Both the position numbers and the translations under genes were made by a program. Below, piece by piece: positions 28,786-40,861 of a stretch of 64,000 nt of DNA. The stretch is from Acidobacteriota bacterium. GTDB taxonomy: Bacteria > Acidobacteriota > Vicinamibacteria > Vicinamibacterales > 2-12-FULL-66-21. Below the pieces are notes generated by a model that was given only the letters and a program-made list of their open reading frames with translations, ran no database searches and had not been told where the DNA came from. The stretch covers positions 29,474 through 93,473 of the forward strand of contig JBKPCD010000132.1 of NCBI GenBank assembly GCA_046727175.1. Direction: 5' to 3'. Every line of letters begins with the position of its first letter. Position 1 is the first letter of the stretch.

Positions 28786-31224
28786 TCACTCCTGCCGCAA
28801 GACAGCGACTGGCTCGACGCTGAGCGCCCGTCGCGCCGGGCCGAGCGCAGCGAGGACGGCAACCATCGCGAGCAATGCGGGAACCGTCGCATACGTCGCT
28901 GCATCCGACGAGCTGACGCCGTACAACATCGACGCGAGGCCGCGAGCCGCAAGAAAGGTCGCGCCAAGTCCGAGCACGATGCCGATGGCCGTCACACTCA
29001 GACCCTCCGTGAGCACCAATCGGATGATGTGCGGCGGACGCGCGCCGAGCGCCACACGCACGCCAATCTCGCGCGTTCGGCGGACCACCGAGTAGGCAAT
29101 GACGCCGTACACGCCAATCGTGGCGAGCAGCAGCGCCATTGCGCCGCAAACGCCAACGAGCGCCGCAGTCAGACGATCGGCTGCCATCACCTCGGCGAGA
29201 TGTGACGACATCGTCTGCACTCGATAGACAGGGGCGGCGCGTTCCACAGCGATCATTTGTTGACGAATCCCCTCGATCAGTGAAAGAGGGTCTACGCTCG
29301 TTCGCGCGATGAGCGTGACACGTGACGGGTCGCTCTGCGCCAGCGGGTAGTAGACGATTGGCAGCGGTCCTTCCTGCATGGAACGATGTCGGCTCGATCG
29401 CACCACGCCGACGATCTCGAGGGTCTCGCCGGCCGAGTCAATCAAGTGCTTGCCGATCGCGTGCCCGCCGAAGTATCGGTTCGCGAGCGCATCGTTGACG
29501 ACGACCGATGCGACGCCGCCAGGACGATCGCGACTGTCGAACTCGCGTCCCGCCACGATCGGAATCTGCATCGTTCGGAAGTATCGTTCGTCGACGACGT
29601 TGAAGTTGAGCTCAGTGTCTTCGCCGGGCCGTGCCGTGTAGCCCTCCATTCGAAAGCCGCGCCGCTCGCGCCCACTCAAAGGGAGACTCTTGGTGAAGCT
29701 GGCGTCAACCACCGAAGGCAAGTTGCGGATGCGATCGAGCACCGCTCGAAAGTACTGGTGTCGCTGCTCGGTTGTGAAGTCGGAGTACGGAAGCTCCACG
29801 TGCGCAAGCACCGCTTGCCGGGCGCCGAACCCGAGGTCCGCGTTGAGCTGATTCGAGAGGCTTCGCACGAGCAGCGCTGCCGACACGAGGAGCACCACCG
29901 CGACGGCGACCTGGCCGGTGACGAGCACCCGACGAAGATGTCGCGGCGCGCGCCCGTCCGACAACCGGACGCTTTCTCCACGAAGGCTCGTGGTCGAGAG
30001 TGGCTTGACTGCCTGCAGCGCTGGCGCAAGGCCGAAGAGGACGCTGCTCAACAGCGACACCGCACCAGCGAACAGGAACGTTGGCAGGTCGATCCCCGTT
30101 TCGAGCATTTGCGCCTGCTCCGCGGGGAAGAAGGACGGAAGGAGATCAGCCGTCCACAGCGACAGCAGCACGCCCAGGGCGCCGCTCGCGACACCGAGCA
30201 ACACACTTTCGGTAATGAGTTGTCGCACGACGCGGAGGCGGCTCGCACCCAGCGCCAGCCGGATCGTCATTTCACGACTTCGGGCCGTGGCTCGCGAGAG
30301 CAACAGACTTGCCACGTTCGCAGACGCGATTACCAGCACGAGCCCCACGGCCGCCAGAATGACGCCAGCGATCATCTCGACCTGGCCGCGAAACTCCGGA
30401 GGGAGTCGCGTGTGCGGAAGGGCGATCATGGGTCGCGGCTTTGTCGGAGCCTCGAGGGTCCCAAGGTTCGCTTTCGGAAAATCCCGCGCGAGCCGCGCGG
30501 CGATGGCGGAGAGCTGCGACTGTGCTTCTCGCAGGCTCGCGTTCTCGCGAAGCCTTCCAACAACGGAGAGTTCGCGATCCTGACGCGCCGAAGGCATGTC
30601 AGCTGGTGGCATGTACGGCACCCAGAGCTCGTGCCCCAGTCCGAGATCGAGGCCCCGGAACGGTTCGGACGCGATGCCGACGACGGTGCACGCTCGTCCA
30701 CTAATGGTTACCGTCGAACCGATCACTGCCGGATCGGATCCGAACGTCCGCCGCCAGAGGTTATAGCCAAGGACCACGACGGGCGGGGCCGTCGCGTTCG
30801 CGTCCACTTCGCTGATCAGGCGACCGAGCGTTGGCTTGACGCCGAGGACATCGAAGTACCGTCCGGTGACCGCCGATACCCGGACGCGCTCGACGGCCTC
30901 AGTCGTCCGCAGGACTGCCACCGCGCCCGTTTGTTCAGCAGCCAGATCGCGGAACGCGGTCGCGTCGTTGCGGATCGACAGGAAGTCGGGGTACGACGAG
31001 TCACCATACGGTCCGCTGCTGTAATCGCTCGTGAAGATTGAAATCAGGTTTCCCGGATCGGCGACGCCGGGGGCGGGCCTCAGGAGCAGCGCGCTCACGA
31101 AGCCAAAAACGGTGACGTTCGCCCCGGTGCCGAGGGCGAGCGTCACGAGCGCGATTGCCGTAAAGCTCGGCGTTCGGGCGAGCATACGGAACGCGTAGCG
31201 AAGGTCGTAGAGGAGAGAATCCAT
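28786..31224 (-). CDS. Duplicated MacB/FtsX-type ABC permease, ADOP (acidobacterial duplicated orphan permease) family
   Basis: 812 aa. N-terminus MDSLLYDLRYAFRMLARTPSFTAIALVTLALGTGANVTVF, with two MacB-periplasmic plus FtsX halves. No adjacent ATPase. Confidence 0.85.
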   Translation of the reverse strand: MDSLLYDLRYAFRMLARTPSFTAIALVTLALGTGANVTVFGFVSALLLRPAPGVADPGNLISIFTSDYSSGPYGDSSYPDFLSIRNDATAFRDLAAEQTGAVAVLRTTEAVERVRVSAVTGRYFDVLGVKPTLGRLISEVDANATAPPVVVLGYNLWRRTFGSDPAVIGSTVTISGRACTVVGIASEPFRGLDLGLGHELWVPYMPPADMPSARQDRELSVVGRLRENASLREAQSQLSAIAARLARDFPKANLGTLEAPTKPRPMIALPHTRLPPEFRGQVEMIAGVILAAVGLVLVIASANVASLLLSRATARSREMTIRLALGASRLRVVRQLITESVLLGVASGALGVLLSLWTADLLPSFFPAEQAQMLETGIDLPTFLFAGAVSLLSSVLFGLAPALQAVKPLSTTSLRGESVRLSDGRAPRHLRRVLVTGQVAVAVVLLVSAALLVRSLSNQLNADLGFGARQAVLAHVELPYSDFTTEQRHQYFRAVLDRIRNLPSVVDASFTKSLPLSGRERRGFRMEGYTARPGEDTELNFNVVDERYFRTMQIPIVAGREFDSRDRPGGVASVVVNDALANRYFGGHAIGKHLIDSAGETLEIVGVVRSSRHRSMQEGPLPIVYYPLAQSDPSRVTLIARTSVDPLSLIEGIRQQMIAVERAAPVYRVQTMSSHLAEVMAADRLTAALVGVCGAMALLLATIGVYGVIAYSVVRRTREIGVRVALGARPPHIIRLVLTEGLSVTAIGIVLGLGATFLAARGLASMLYGVSSSDAATYATVPALLAMVAVLAALGPARRALSVEPVAVLRQE

Positions 31225-31445
31225 ACCGCAACACTCAAGCGACGAGTGTGCCAGCCGTCACGGACCTGAATCGGCGACCGTTGGTGAACCGAGCCGCGTC
31301 CACCGTTCATTCCCGGTCAAATCGATTCCAAATCCGCACAAGGACGCCCTCCTTGAGGAGCCCCTCCTCGCCACACCGCACAGGGTGCCTGTCCCGGTAA
31401 GGCGCCTGTTCTTAACGCAACAGTCCCCTTACACGGACCGTCCCC

Positions 31446-32021
31446 TTACACCGAGAGTCGAATGGCGAGCGCATCGTGACCTCGTTCGCGGGCGAGAGAT
31501 GCGGCGGTCTTTCCGTCGTCGCTCACCAGCAACCGGTCGGCCCCATTGGCGAGGAGCTGATCGACGAAATCTTCACGTCCGGCGGACGCCGCGCCCATCA
31601 GCGGCGTGTAGCCGACCTGTTGCCGCGCGTTGACGTTAGCGCCGCGCTCGAGGAGCAGCTTCACTGCGTCGGCATTCCGGGACGCAATGGCGGCGTGCAA
31701 TGGCTGCACCTTCATCTCGTTCCGCGCGGCGGCTCCGACTTCGGCGCCGCGCTCGAGCAGTAGGCGCACCGTGCTTCCGCCGGCGAAGAAGGCGGCAAGG
31801 CCGAGTGGTGTGTGTCCGTCAGGCGCCCAGGCGTTCGCGAGCGATGCATCGGCGTCGAGCAGCCCGCGGATGGCATCGTCGCGCCCCAGCGCCGCGGCCT
31901 CGAAAATCGTGAGGGTGGCTCCTGTGGCGAGACGTTCTGCGTCGGCGCGGTTCCCCTGGTAAAGGGCCGCCAGGATTGGCGACGTGGGATCGAGCGGCAT
32001 GACATCCTCCTGTCCAGACAT
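31446..32021 (-). CDS. Ankyrin-repeat protein
   Basis: 191 aa with repeated G.TPL..AA..G....V..LLE.GA units (for example GHTPLGLAAFFAGGSTVRLLLERGA). The start may be ATG 32000. Confidence 0.8.
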   Translation of the reverse strand: MSGQEDVMPLDPTSPILAALYQGNRADAERLATGATLTIFEAAALGRDDAIRGLLDADASLANAWAPDGHTPLGLAAFFAGGSTVRLLLERGAEVGAAARNEMKVQPLHAAIASRNADAVKLLLERGANVNARQQVGYTPLMGAASAGREDFVDQLLANGADRLLVSDDGKTAASLARERGHDALAIRLSV

Positions 32022-32022
32022 T

Positions 32023-32043
32023 ACTTAGGTAGCCTAACTAAGT
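32023..32043. promoter_or_regulatory. 21-bp near-perfect palindrome, candidate MarR operator
   Basis: ACTTAGGTAGCCTAACTAAGT, with 18 of 20 symmetric positions. It is AT-rich in a GC-rich genome and lies in the 35-bp divergent spacer between the ankyrin gene and marR. Confidence 0.45.
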
Positions 32044-32056
32044 TTATACTACCGGC

Positions 32057-32515
32057 GTGCCTCGAGGATCAAGCCCCGACGAGAGGGTGACGAACCTCGC
32101 CGATCGTCTGCACTCAGCCGCAATCCATTTGCTCCGCCGCGTACGCCGCGAGGACGACGTGACCGGGTTGAGTGCCGCGCGACTGTCGGCGCTCTCGGTG
32201 ATCGTCTTCGGCGGACCGATTCGCATCTCGGCCCTCGCGCGCGCGGAGCACGTCCGCACGCCGACGATGACGCCCATCGTCGCGGCGCTCGAAGCAGAGG
32301 GGCTAATTACGAGAGAGGTCGACCGATCGGATGCGCGCGCGAGCCTGCTGCGTGCCACGCCACGGGGCATACGTGTCATGGCGGAGGCGCGTAGCCGCCG
32401 CGTCGCCCTCCTCGGGTCCGAGCTGCAGCGGCTGAGGTCAAAGGACCAGGCGGCGCTTCAACACGCTGTCGACATCCTCGAGCGCGTGGTGGGGGCGCCG
32501 TCGAAGCATTCCTGA
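32057..32515 (+). CDS. MarR-family transcriptional regulator
   Basis: 152 aa winged helix: LSAARLSALSVIVFGGPIRISALARAEHVRTPTMTPIVAALEAEGLI.R. GTG start. Confidence 0.85.
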   Translation: MPRGSSPDERVTNLADRLHSAAIHLLRRVRREDDVTGLSAARLSALSVIVFGGPIRISALARAEHVRTPTMTPIVAALEAEGLITREVDRSDARASLLRATPRGIRVMAEARSRRVALLGSELQRLRSKDQAALQHAVDILERVVGAPSKHS

Positions 32516-32551
32516 TGCTGGACTACGTCTCCCCCGAAGCGGTTGTCCTGA

Positions 32552-34348
<1,797 letters not shown>

Positions 34349-34366
34349 CGCTCGTCCGGCACGACG

Positions 34367-34933
34367 CTACTTGTCCGCCTGAGAGGGCCCTTCCGGCGAT
34401 GGCACGATCTGGATGATCGTCTTGAAGCGCGACGGCTGCGCGCCGCGCTTCGGGTTGATGTACCCCTGCGACCCGCCCCACGTGTAATCCTTGACTGTCA
34501 CGCCCGGCGGAAACGCCATCGTTTCCTCACGGAAGCGGCCGACGTCGAACATGTGAATGGGCGGCTCTTCGTAGACCAGCTCACCTCTCTGCTTCAGCAC
34601 CGACCGGTAGTAGCCGACAATCTCCGCAAACGGCGTGTTGGTGCCAAAGAGGTAATAGCGCTGGCCGCGCCCGGCATCGTACGACGCGATGAACTCCGCG
34701 CCCGGATAGATTGGCATGCCGAGCGTTTTCTCGTTCGGCTCGTCGGGCTTCTGTGGGGTCGCCGCAGGCGGTCGGGGAGCGGGCTGCGCGACCGGCGGCG
34801 GCTGCGTCCGCTTCTGCGCCGCCTGCCGCGGATCGCCGGGACGCGGAAACGGAACGGGCGTCTGCGCCGACGCCGTTCCAGAGATTGCGATCGCAGAGAG
34901 CACTACGCCGCGTAACAACATCGTGCGCAGCAT
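34367..34933 (-). CDS. Secreted hypothetical protein
   Basis: Start set at ATG 34933, giving signal peptide MLRTMLLRGVVLSAIAISGTASA. A Pro-rich linker is followed by a ~110-aa globular C-terminus. No family recognised. Confidence 0.55.
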   Translation of the reverse strand: MLRTMLLRGVVLSAIAISGTASAQTPVPFPRPGDPRQAAQKRTQPPPVAQPAPRPPAATPQKPDEPNEKTLGMPIYPGAEFIASYDAGRGQRYYLFGTNTPFAEIVGYYRSVLKQRGELVYEEPPIHMFDVGRFREETMAFPPGVTVKDYTWGGSQGYINPKRGAQPSRFKTIIQIVPSPEGPSQADK

Positions 34934-34944
34934 CTGGGTATTAT

Positions 34945-35035
34945 GGGGACACTCAATCGGGACAGTCAAAGGGGGACATTCAATGTGGACAGTCAATCGG
35001 GACAGCCAAACGAAAAGTCGATCGTGAGTGTCCCC
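34945..35035. repeat. Five ~13-15-nt GGGACA-NTCAA units plus a 10-nt complement at the downstream start codon
   Basis: ggggacactcaatc gggacagtcaaag ggggacattcaatgt ggacagtcaatc gggacagccaaac. gagtgtcccc (35026-35035) is the exact reverse complement of 34945-34954. Confidence 0.75.
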
Positions 35036-36202
35036 GTTGACGGTCGCCGGCTTTTGACATGGTGTCGACAGGAAGAGCGATGGCTTCGCGAGCTGATCGA
35101 ATCGCTCGTCCGGCTCGAGTCGCCGAGCACCGATACGCAAGCGGTTGAACGCTGCGGGGCGGAGCTGGCGCGGCGGCTCGACGCGATTGGCGCGCGTGTT
35201 GACCGACTGCCCGGCCGCGGCCGCGCGGATCTGGTCCGTGGGACGTTCGCTGACGCGTCGCAGCGATCCGAAGACGATCGGCCCCTGTTGATTCTTGGTC
35301 ACTTCGACACCGTCTGGCCGGTCGGGCAGCTCGATCGCATGCCGCTGCGCGAAGAGGGAGGACGCCTCTTTGGCCCCGGTGTCTTCGACATGAAGTCGGG
35401 GATTGCGGTCTCGATGCTCGCCATTCGGGCGTTGCAGGCTGTCCCCGCGGCCGTGCCGACCGTCGTCATGCTGTGGACCACTGACGAAGAGATCGGCAGC
35501 GGCGCGTCACGGGCGGCAATCGAGCACGAGGCACGGCGGAGCAAAGCGGTCCTCGTCATGGAGCCGGCGCTTCCGGGCGGCGCGGCAAAAACGAGCCGGA
35601 AGGGATGTGGCGAGTTCGAGCTCGTCGTCCACGGCATTCCCGCGCACGCCGGGATCGACCCCGCGAAAGGCGCGAGCGCGATTCTGGAGCTCGCGCATCA
35701 AATCGTGAACATCGCGGAGTTGCAGGATCTCGATTGCGGGATCAGCGTGAACGTCGGTGTCGTCTCTGGTGGATCGCGAACGAACGTGGTCGCAGCCGAG
35801 GCACGCGCGTCGATCGATGTGCGGGTCCCCACGCTTGCCGACGGAGAACGAATCGCCGCGACGCTCCGGAGCCTGCAGCCTCGAATCCGCGGGGCGACGC
35901 TCGACGTGCGCGGCGGAATCGATCGGCCCCCGCTCGAGCGCACCGAGAAGGGGTTACGCCTGTACCGCCTGGCGCGCGACGTCGCTCGCGAGCTCGGGGG
36001 CGAGCTTGGCGAGGGAGCCACCGGCGGCGGATCCGACGGGAATTTCACGGCCGCCCTCGGTGTTCCTACACTAGACGGTCTCGGCCCGCAGGGGGACGGC
36101 GCACATGCTCTGCACGAGCACGTCATCATGGAGGACTTACCCTGGCGCGCCGCTCTCGTGGCGGGCCTCATCAACCACCTGAGCGCAGTCGCGGTAGAAT
36201 AG
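35024..36202 (+). CDS. M20-family metallopeptidase (carboxypeptidase G2-like)
   Basis: Motifs [27 protein letters not shown] and GGGSDGN. Start tentatively GTG 35024, because upstream codons translate a repeat array. Confidence 0.8.
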   Translation: MSVPVDGRRLLTWCRQEERWLRELIESLVRLESPSTDTQAVERCGAELARRLDAIGARVDRLPGRGRADLVRGTFADASQRSEDDRPLLILGHFDTVWPVGQLDRMPLREEGGRLFGPGVFDMKSGIAVSMLAIRALQAVPAAVPTVVMLWTTDEEIGSGASRAAIEHEARRSKAVLVMEPALPGGAAKTSRKGCGEFELVVHGIPAHAGIDPAKGASAILELAHQIVNIAELQDLDCGISVNVGVVSGGSRTNVVAAEARASIDVRVPTLADGERIAATLRSLQPRIRGATLDVRGGIDRPPLERTEKGLRLYRLARDVARELGGELGEGATGGGSDGNFTAALGVPTLDGLGPQGDGAHALHEHVIMEDLPWRAALVAGLINHLSAVAVE

Positions 36203-36206
36203 GGAT

Positions 36207-37043
36207 ATGGCAAACGGAATCAAGACGGCACTGCTGCTCGGGCTATTGAGCGGGTTGCTGTTGGTCATCGGCGATATCGCCGGTGGCACGAACGGCATCA
36301 TGATCGCGTTCGTGTTCGCGGCGGTCATGAACCTGGGAGCGTACTGGTTCTCGGACAAGGTCGTCTTGAGAATGTACAACGCCCAGGAAGTCGGACCGTC
36401 ACATCCACTCTACCGGATCACGGAACGCCTGACCCGACAGGCGGGCCTGCCGATGCCGAAGGTATACGTCATTCCAGACCCATCACCGAACGCGTTTGCG
36501 ACCGGCCGGAATCCGGAACACGCGGCTGTTGCGGCAACGGAGGGGATCCTGCGTACCCTCAGCGAGCACGAGCTCGAGGGCGTCATCGCGCACGAGTTGG
36601 CGCACGTCAAACATCGCGACATCTTGATCAGTTCGGTCGCGGCGACCATTGCCGCGGCGATCATGATGGTCGGCCGGATGGCGATGTACGCCGGCCTGTT
36701 TGGGGGACGCGACGACCGCGACAGGGGCTCGAATCCGATCGCCTTGCTCGCCATGATTATTCTCGCGCCGCTCGCCGCGATGCTCATCCAGGCGGCCATT
36801 TCGCGTTCGCGCGAATTCGCCGCCGACGCCGGAGGGGCGCGAATTGCTGGAACTCCATACGGGCTCGCGGACGCGCTTCGAAAAATCGACGCGGTTTCCA
36901 AGCGTGTGCCGCTTGATGCCAACCCAGCCACGGCACATATGTTCATCGTGAAGCCCTTTGCGGGCGAGGGGTTGCTGTCCCTTTTCAGCACCCATCCGCC
37001 GACGGAAGCTCGGATTCGCGCCCTGCTCGAGGGTCCTCGCTAG
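36207..37043 (+). CDS. htpX: Zinc metalloprotease HtpX
   Basis: 278 aa with four TM segments, [10 protein letters not shown] (HExxH) and [10 protein letters not shown]. Confidence 0.92.
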   Translation: MANGIKTALLLGLLSGLLLVIGDIAGGTNGIMIAFVFAAVMNLGAYWFSDKVVLRMYNAQEVGPSHPLYRITERLTRQAGLPMPKVYVIPDPSPNAFATGRNPEHAAVAATEGILRTLSEHELEGVIAHELAHVKHRDILISSVAATIAAAIMMVGRMAMYAGLFGGRDDRDRGSNPIALLAMIILAPLAAMLIQAAISRSREFAADAGGARIAGTPYGLADALRKIDAVSKRVPLDANPATAHMFIVKPFAGEGLLSLFSTHPPTEARIRALLEGPR

Positions 37044-37234
37044 GAAATCTCCTCCATCGCTGATGCGTTTCGTGCACTCGCTGCGCCGCCGACGCGGCGC
37101 GGCGAGGTGCGCACCAACTGCTCATCCCCGCTTTTCTGCCCATTTCCTTGGACTGGTGGTCCACCGCTCTTGGCCCGCAGGACTGGATCGGGTCTTGCTG
37201 TCACCGGCATCGGGACTTCGCGTGGAGGGCGGCT

Positions 37235-39523
37235 GTGGAGGACTTCGATATCCCGCAAACCAAACTAGCTGAGTCGGCTGAACGCGTAGTCGACCGCGCG
37301 CTCGAGGACGCCCGCCGCCGCGAACACGCGATGTTGACGAACGAACATCTCTGTCTCGCGTTCGCGCAGATCGAATGGGACATGTTCGGCGAGGTGATGC
37401 ACGACCTCAGCCTGAATCCGCACGAGATCCTGCAGGCGCTGGAGGACCACCTCCGTGTGCTGCCGGCCGCTCCCGGCCGCGAGCTTCGCATTGCACCGTC
37501 GACGAAGCTGCTCTTCAAGCTGGCGCTGCTGCATGCGAGCCGATGCGGACGGCACACGATCGAGTCGGCGGATCTCTTTTCGGCAATTTTCGAGGAGACG
37601 CAGGGCGTACCCGTGTCCATCATCCGTAGGCACGGCATCGAGCCGGAGGCCCTGGTCTCGAGAGTCGCGACGCGGATGCGCGATCACGAGCTCCGTGAAG
37701 AGCGGCTGAAGAAACGGTTCGAGCTTCCCCCCTTTCTGAAACACTTCGCGACGAATCTGAATCAGCTCGCCCGGCAGGACAAGATACCGCCGGTGTTCGG
37801 TCGCGATTTCGAGATGGATCAGGTTCTCGAGATTCTCTGCCACCGCGAGCGCGCGAATTCAGTGTTGCTGCTCGGTGAGCCCGGCGTGGGGAAGACGGCG
37901 ATCGCCGACGGCCTCGCACGACGAATCGAATTCGAGCCCGAAAGGGTGCCCGTTCGCCTGCGCGACTGCCAGATCGTGAACCTGCAGATGAACACGATGG
38001 TCGCCGGAACGATGTTGCGCGGCATGTTCGAGGACCGGATTCAGAACGTCATCCGCGAGATCAAGGAGCGGCCGAACCTCATCCTGTTCATCGACGAAGT
38101 CCACACGATGATCGGCGCCGGCTCCGCGCTCGGGGCGCCGTCGGACGCCGCCAACGTCTTCAAGTCCGTCCTCGCGCGCGGCGAAGTCCGCATCATCGGC
38201 GCGACGACGCTGAGCGAGTACAAGGAGTTCATCCAGGAGGACGAGGCGCTCGCGCGGCGATTCCGTCCGGTCCACGTCGGCGAGCCGACGATCGACCAGA
38301 CACGCCACATCCTCTACAACCTCCGCCCCCGGCTCGAACGGAACTACTCGGTCCGGATCCAGGATGATGCGATCGAGACCGCCCTGGAAATGTCCCCCCG
38401 CTACATGAGGCATCTGCAGCTGCCCGACAAGGTGATCGGCTGGCTCGATACGGCCGCCGTGAAAGCGGAGATCGGCCGCCGCTGGGAGGTCACTGGCGCC
38501 GATGTCGTGAACGTCATTTCCACAATCGCGCAGATCCCCGCGGATATGGTGTTCCGCGAGGTCACCGATCGCTTCCGCGACGTCGAAAAACGGCTCGCAG
38601 CGCGCGTCATCGGGCAGCGGCCCGCGATCGATGCCGTGGCACGGCGCCTGATTCTCAACAAGGGTCCGCTGAAAGACGGGTTCGATCGGCCCGACGGCGT
38701 GCTGCTGTTCCTGGGACCGACCGGCGTCGGCAAGACGGAACTCGCCAAGTCTGTCGCGGAGTTCCTGTTCGGTGACGAAAAGAAAATGATTCGCGTCGAC
38801 ATGTCGGAGTACCAGGACGGTGTCGTGGCCGTCGACAAACTGATTGGCATGCCGCGAGGGATTGTCGGATCCGAGCGCGGCGGCGTCCTGACGAATCAAC
38901 TCAAAGACCGCCCGTACTCCGTCGTGCTGCTGGACGAAGTCGAGAAGGCCAGCCCCAGCATGCTGAATCTGTTCCTGCAGGCGTTCGACGAGGGATGGCT
39001 GACCGACGGCCGCGGCAAGCGTGTCTATTTGAGCGACGCGATCATCATCATGACGTCGAACATCGGGTCGGAATGCTTCCGGAAGCTCACCAACCCGCTT
39101 GGATTCCTCGCGCGACAGGTCGCGGTGGAACAGATTCACGGCGAGATCATGCGCGAGCTGGAACGGCGGTTCACACCGGAGTTCCGCAACCGGATCGATG
39201 AAGTCGTGATCTTCCAGCCGCTCACGAAGGACGAAGTCCGTGAGATCGCGCTTCAACAGCTCGTGAAGATCGAATCAGCCCTGGTGCGCAGCGGGCGGAC
39301 GTTGACAGTCAGCCCCGAAGCGCTGGAGCAGTTGGTGCACGATGGCTACAGCCTGGCGTTCGGCGCGCGCTTCCTCAAGCGGACGATCGAGGATCGAATC
39401 AAGCTCCCGATTAGTCAGCGGTGGCTCGAAGGCATTCACTTCACGGCCGTCGTGAGGAACGGCGCGATTGAAATCGACGTGAGTGGAGGCCGCGGGAATC
39501 TGGAGTTGGCCGCGACCGCCTGA
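37235..39523 (+). CDS. AAA+ Clp-family ATPase with two nucleotide-binding domains (ClpA-like, no M-domain seen)
   Basis: Clp-N repeat at the N-terminus, Walker A LLGEPGVGKTA and FLGPTGVGKTE, sensor motifs. The start is uncertain (TTG 37148 in the track; GTG 37235 chosen). Confidence 0.85.
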   Translation: MEDFDIPQTKLAESAERVVDRALEDARRREHAMLTNEHLCLAFAQIEWDMFGEVMHDLSLNPHEILQALEDHLRVLPAAPGRELRIAPSTKLLFKLALLHASRCGRHTIESADLFSAIFEETQGVPVSIIRRHGIEPEALVSRVATRMRDHELREERLKKRFELPPFLKHFATNLNQLARQDKIPPVFGRDFEMDQVLEILCHRERANSVLLLGEPGVGKTAIADGLARRIEFEPERVPVRLRDCQIVNLQMNTMVAGTMLRGMFEDRIQNVIREIKERPNLILFIDEVHTMIGAGSALGAPSDAANVFKSVLARGEVRIIGATTLSEYKEFIQEDEALARRFRPVHVGEPTIDQTRHILYNLRPRLERNYSVRIQDDAIETALEMSPRYMRHLQLPDKVIGWLDTAAVKAEIGRRWEVTGADVVNVISTIAQIPADMVFREVTDRFRDVEKRLAARVIGQRPAIDAVARRLILNKGPLKDGFDRPDGVLLFLGPTGVGKTELAKSVAEFLFGDEKKMIRVDMSEYQDGVVAVDKLIGMPRGIVGSERGGVLTNQLKDRPYSVVLLDEVEKASPSMLNLFLQAFDEGWLTDGRGKRVYLSDAIIIMTSNIGSECFRKLTNPLGFLARQVAVEQIHGEIMRELERRFTPEFRNRIDEVVIFQPLTKDEVREIALQQLVKIESALVRSGRTLTVSPEALEQLVHDGYSLAFGARFLKRTIEDRIKLPISQRWLEGIHFTAVVRNGAIEIDVSGGRGNLELAATA

Positions 39524-39532
39524 TCCCGGGGT

Positions 39533-39658
39533 GGACGGAGAACACGGAACAAGCGTTCACAGCAGAGTCACGAAGCACACGAAGGAAACCAAGTATTTCT
39601 CCGTGAATCTCGCGGCTCCGCGGTAAGAGCTTTTTCCATGCCCTCCGTCACTTCCGTC
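39533..39658. repeat. Second, shorter member of the 18529..18737 inverted-repeat family
   Basis: 39595-39658 (atttctccgtgaatctcgcggctccgcggtaagagctttttccatgccctccgtcacttccgtc) aligns at roughly 75-80 percent by eye with 18682-18737. The left arm ggacggagaacacggaacaagcg matches 18529-18553. Confidence 0.75.
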
Positions 39659-39664
39659 TGCCGC

Positions 39665-40693
39665 TCACCAATCGAAGCTTCCCTGCTCAGCATCGTTGGA
39701 CAACTCGTTCTCTTCTTCCATCGGCTCCGTCACCTTCATCGCGCGCTTCGCGACGTCGTATCGCGTCTGCAGCGACTGAATCATCGCGCGCACGGTCGTG
39801 ACGTACTCGCGCGGCGCGTACGCGCCGGCGTAGAGGCGCCCGTATCCTTCGACCAATTGTGGGTACTCGCGCCCGAGGAATTTCATGAAGTGATCGCGAG
39901 TGCCGCCTTTCAAATAGAGCACGTTCGCGCCCATAAACGCGGCGCCGTGGTCGGCGATGGCTTTCACCGTCGCCTCCAGGCGCGCAGGCTGCGTCGTAAA
40001 ACCAGGCACGACCGGCGCCATCAACACGCCGGCGTTCACCCCTGCGTCGCGAAGCTGACGGACGGCGCGCAGCCGCTGGAGAGGATGGGCGGTGCCTGGT
40101 TCGAGGGCTTCCCACGCCGCCTCGTTCACCGTGGGCACGCTCATGCAGACCGTACACGCCGCGCGACGACCGAGTTCAGCGAGCAGCGCCGCGTCACGGA
40201 CGACCATCGGTCCCTTCGTGACCAGACCGATCGGCGTGCGTCCGGCGATCAGCGCCTCGAGCGACTTGCGGGTCAGCTTGTAGTGACCTTCGATCGGCTG
40301 GTACGGGTCGGTGGCGGTGCCGAATGCGACGAGCTCGCGCGTCCACGACGGACGATCCAGCTCTTTCCGAAGGACATCCCCGAAGTTGATCTTGACGAAA
40401 ATCAGCGAGGAGAACTCGTCGTCGGGCCCCAGCTCGAACTGTGTCTGGTACCGCCGCGCGAAGCAGTAATGGCATCCGTGCGTGCAGCCGCGGTACGGGT
40501 TGAGCGTCCAGTTGAACGGCATGCCCTTGACCGGGTTCAACGCCGAGCGGCAGGTCACTTCCTGATAGCGCGCGTTGTCGGCGCGGCGGCGTGCGTGATC
40601 GAGTGCGTCCACACCGCCCCGACGGACGGTCAACGCAATCGCGCGAGTGGTGGGCGGGGGAGCCGGAGTGGCGAAAAGCCGCGGAGCATCCAT
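39665..40693 (-). CDS. Radical SAM protein, SplB/COG1533-like
   Basis: 342 aa. LNPYRGCTHGCHYCFAR (CxxxCxxC) near the N-terminus of a TIM-barrel-length protein. Confidence 0.75.
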   Translation of the reverse strand: MDAPRLFATPAPPPTTRAIALTVRRGGVDALDHARRRADNARYQEVTCRSALNPVKGMPFNWTLNPYRGCTHGCHYCFARRYQTQFELGPDDEFSSLIFVKINFGDVLRKELDRPSWTRELVAFGTATDPYQPIEGHYKLTRKSLEALIAGRTPIGLVTKGPMVVRDAALLAELGRRAACTVCMSVPTVNEAAWEALEPGTAHPLQRLRAVRQLRDAGVNAGVLMAPVVPGFTTQPARLEATVKAIADHGAAFMGANVLYLKGGTRDHFMKFLGREYPQLVEGYGRLYAGAYAPREYVTTVRAMIQSLQTRYDVAKRAMKVTEPMEEENELSNDAEQGSFDW

Positions 40694-40861
40694 GACATTC
40701 GTCTTTTCTTCGCCTCATGATGCTCCACGGCGTGGAGAAAAGTCAAACTCCGCCGGTAGCAGCGACTCGTTTCGAGGAGAGCTGGCCTCCCATCCTCCAT
40801 TTCCCGGTCAGGACGCGTTTTTCAGCATCCTGTTGGCGCCCGAAGCCACTCAGCACAATCA

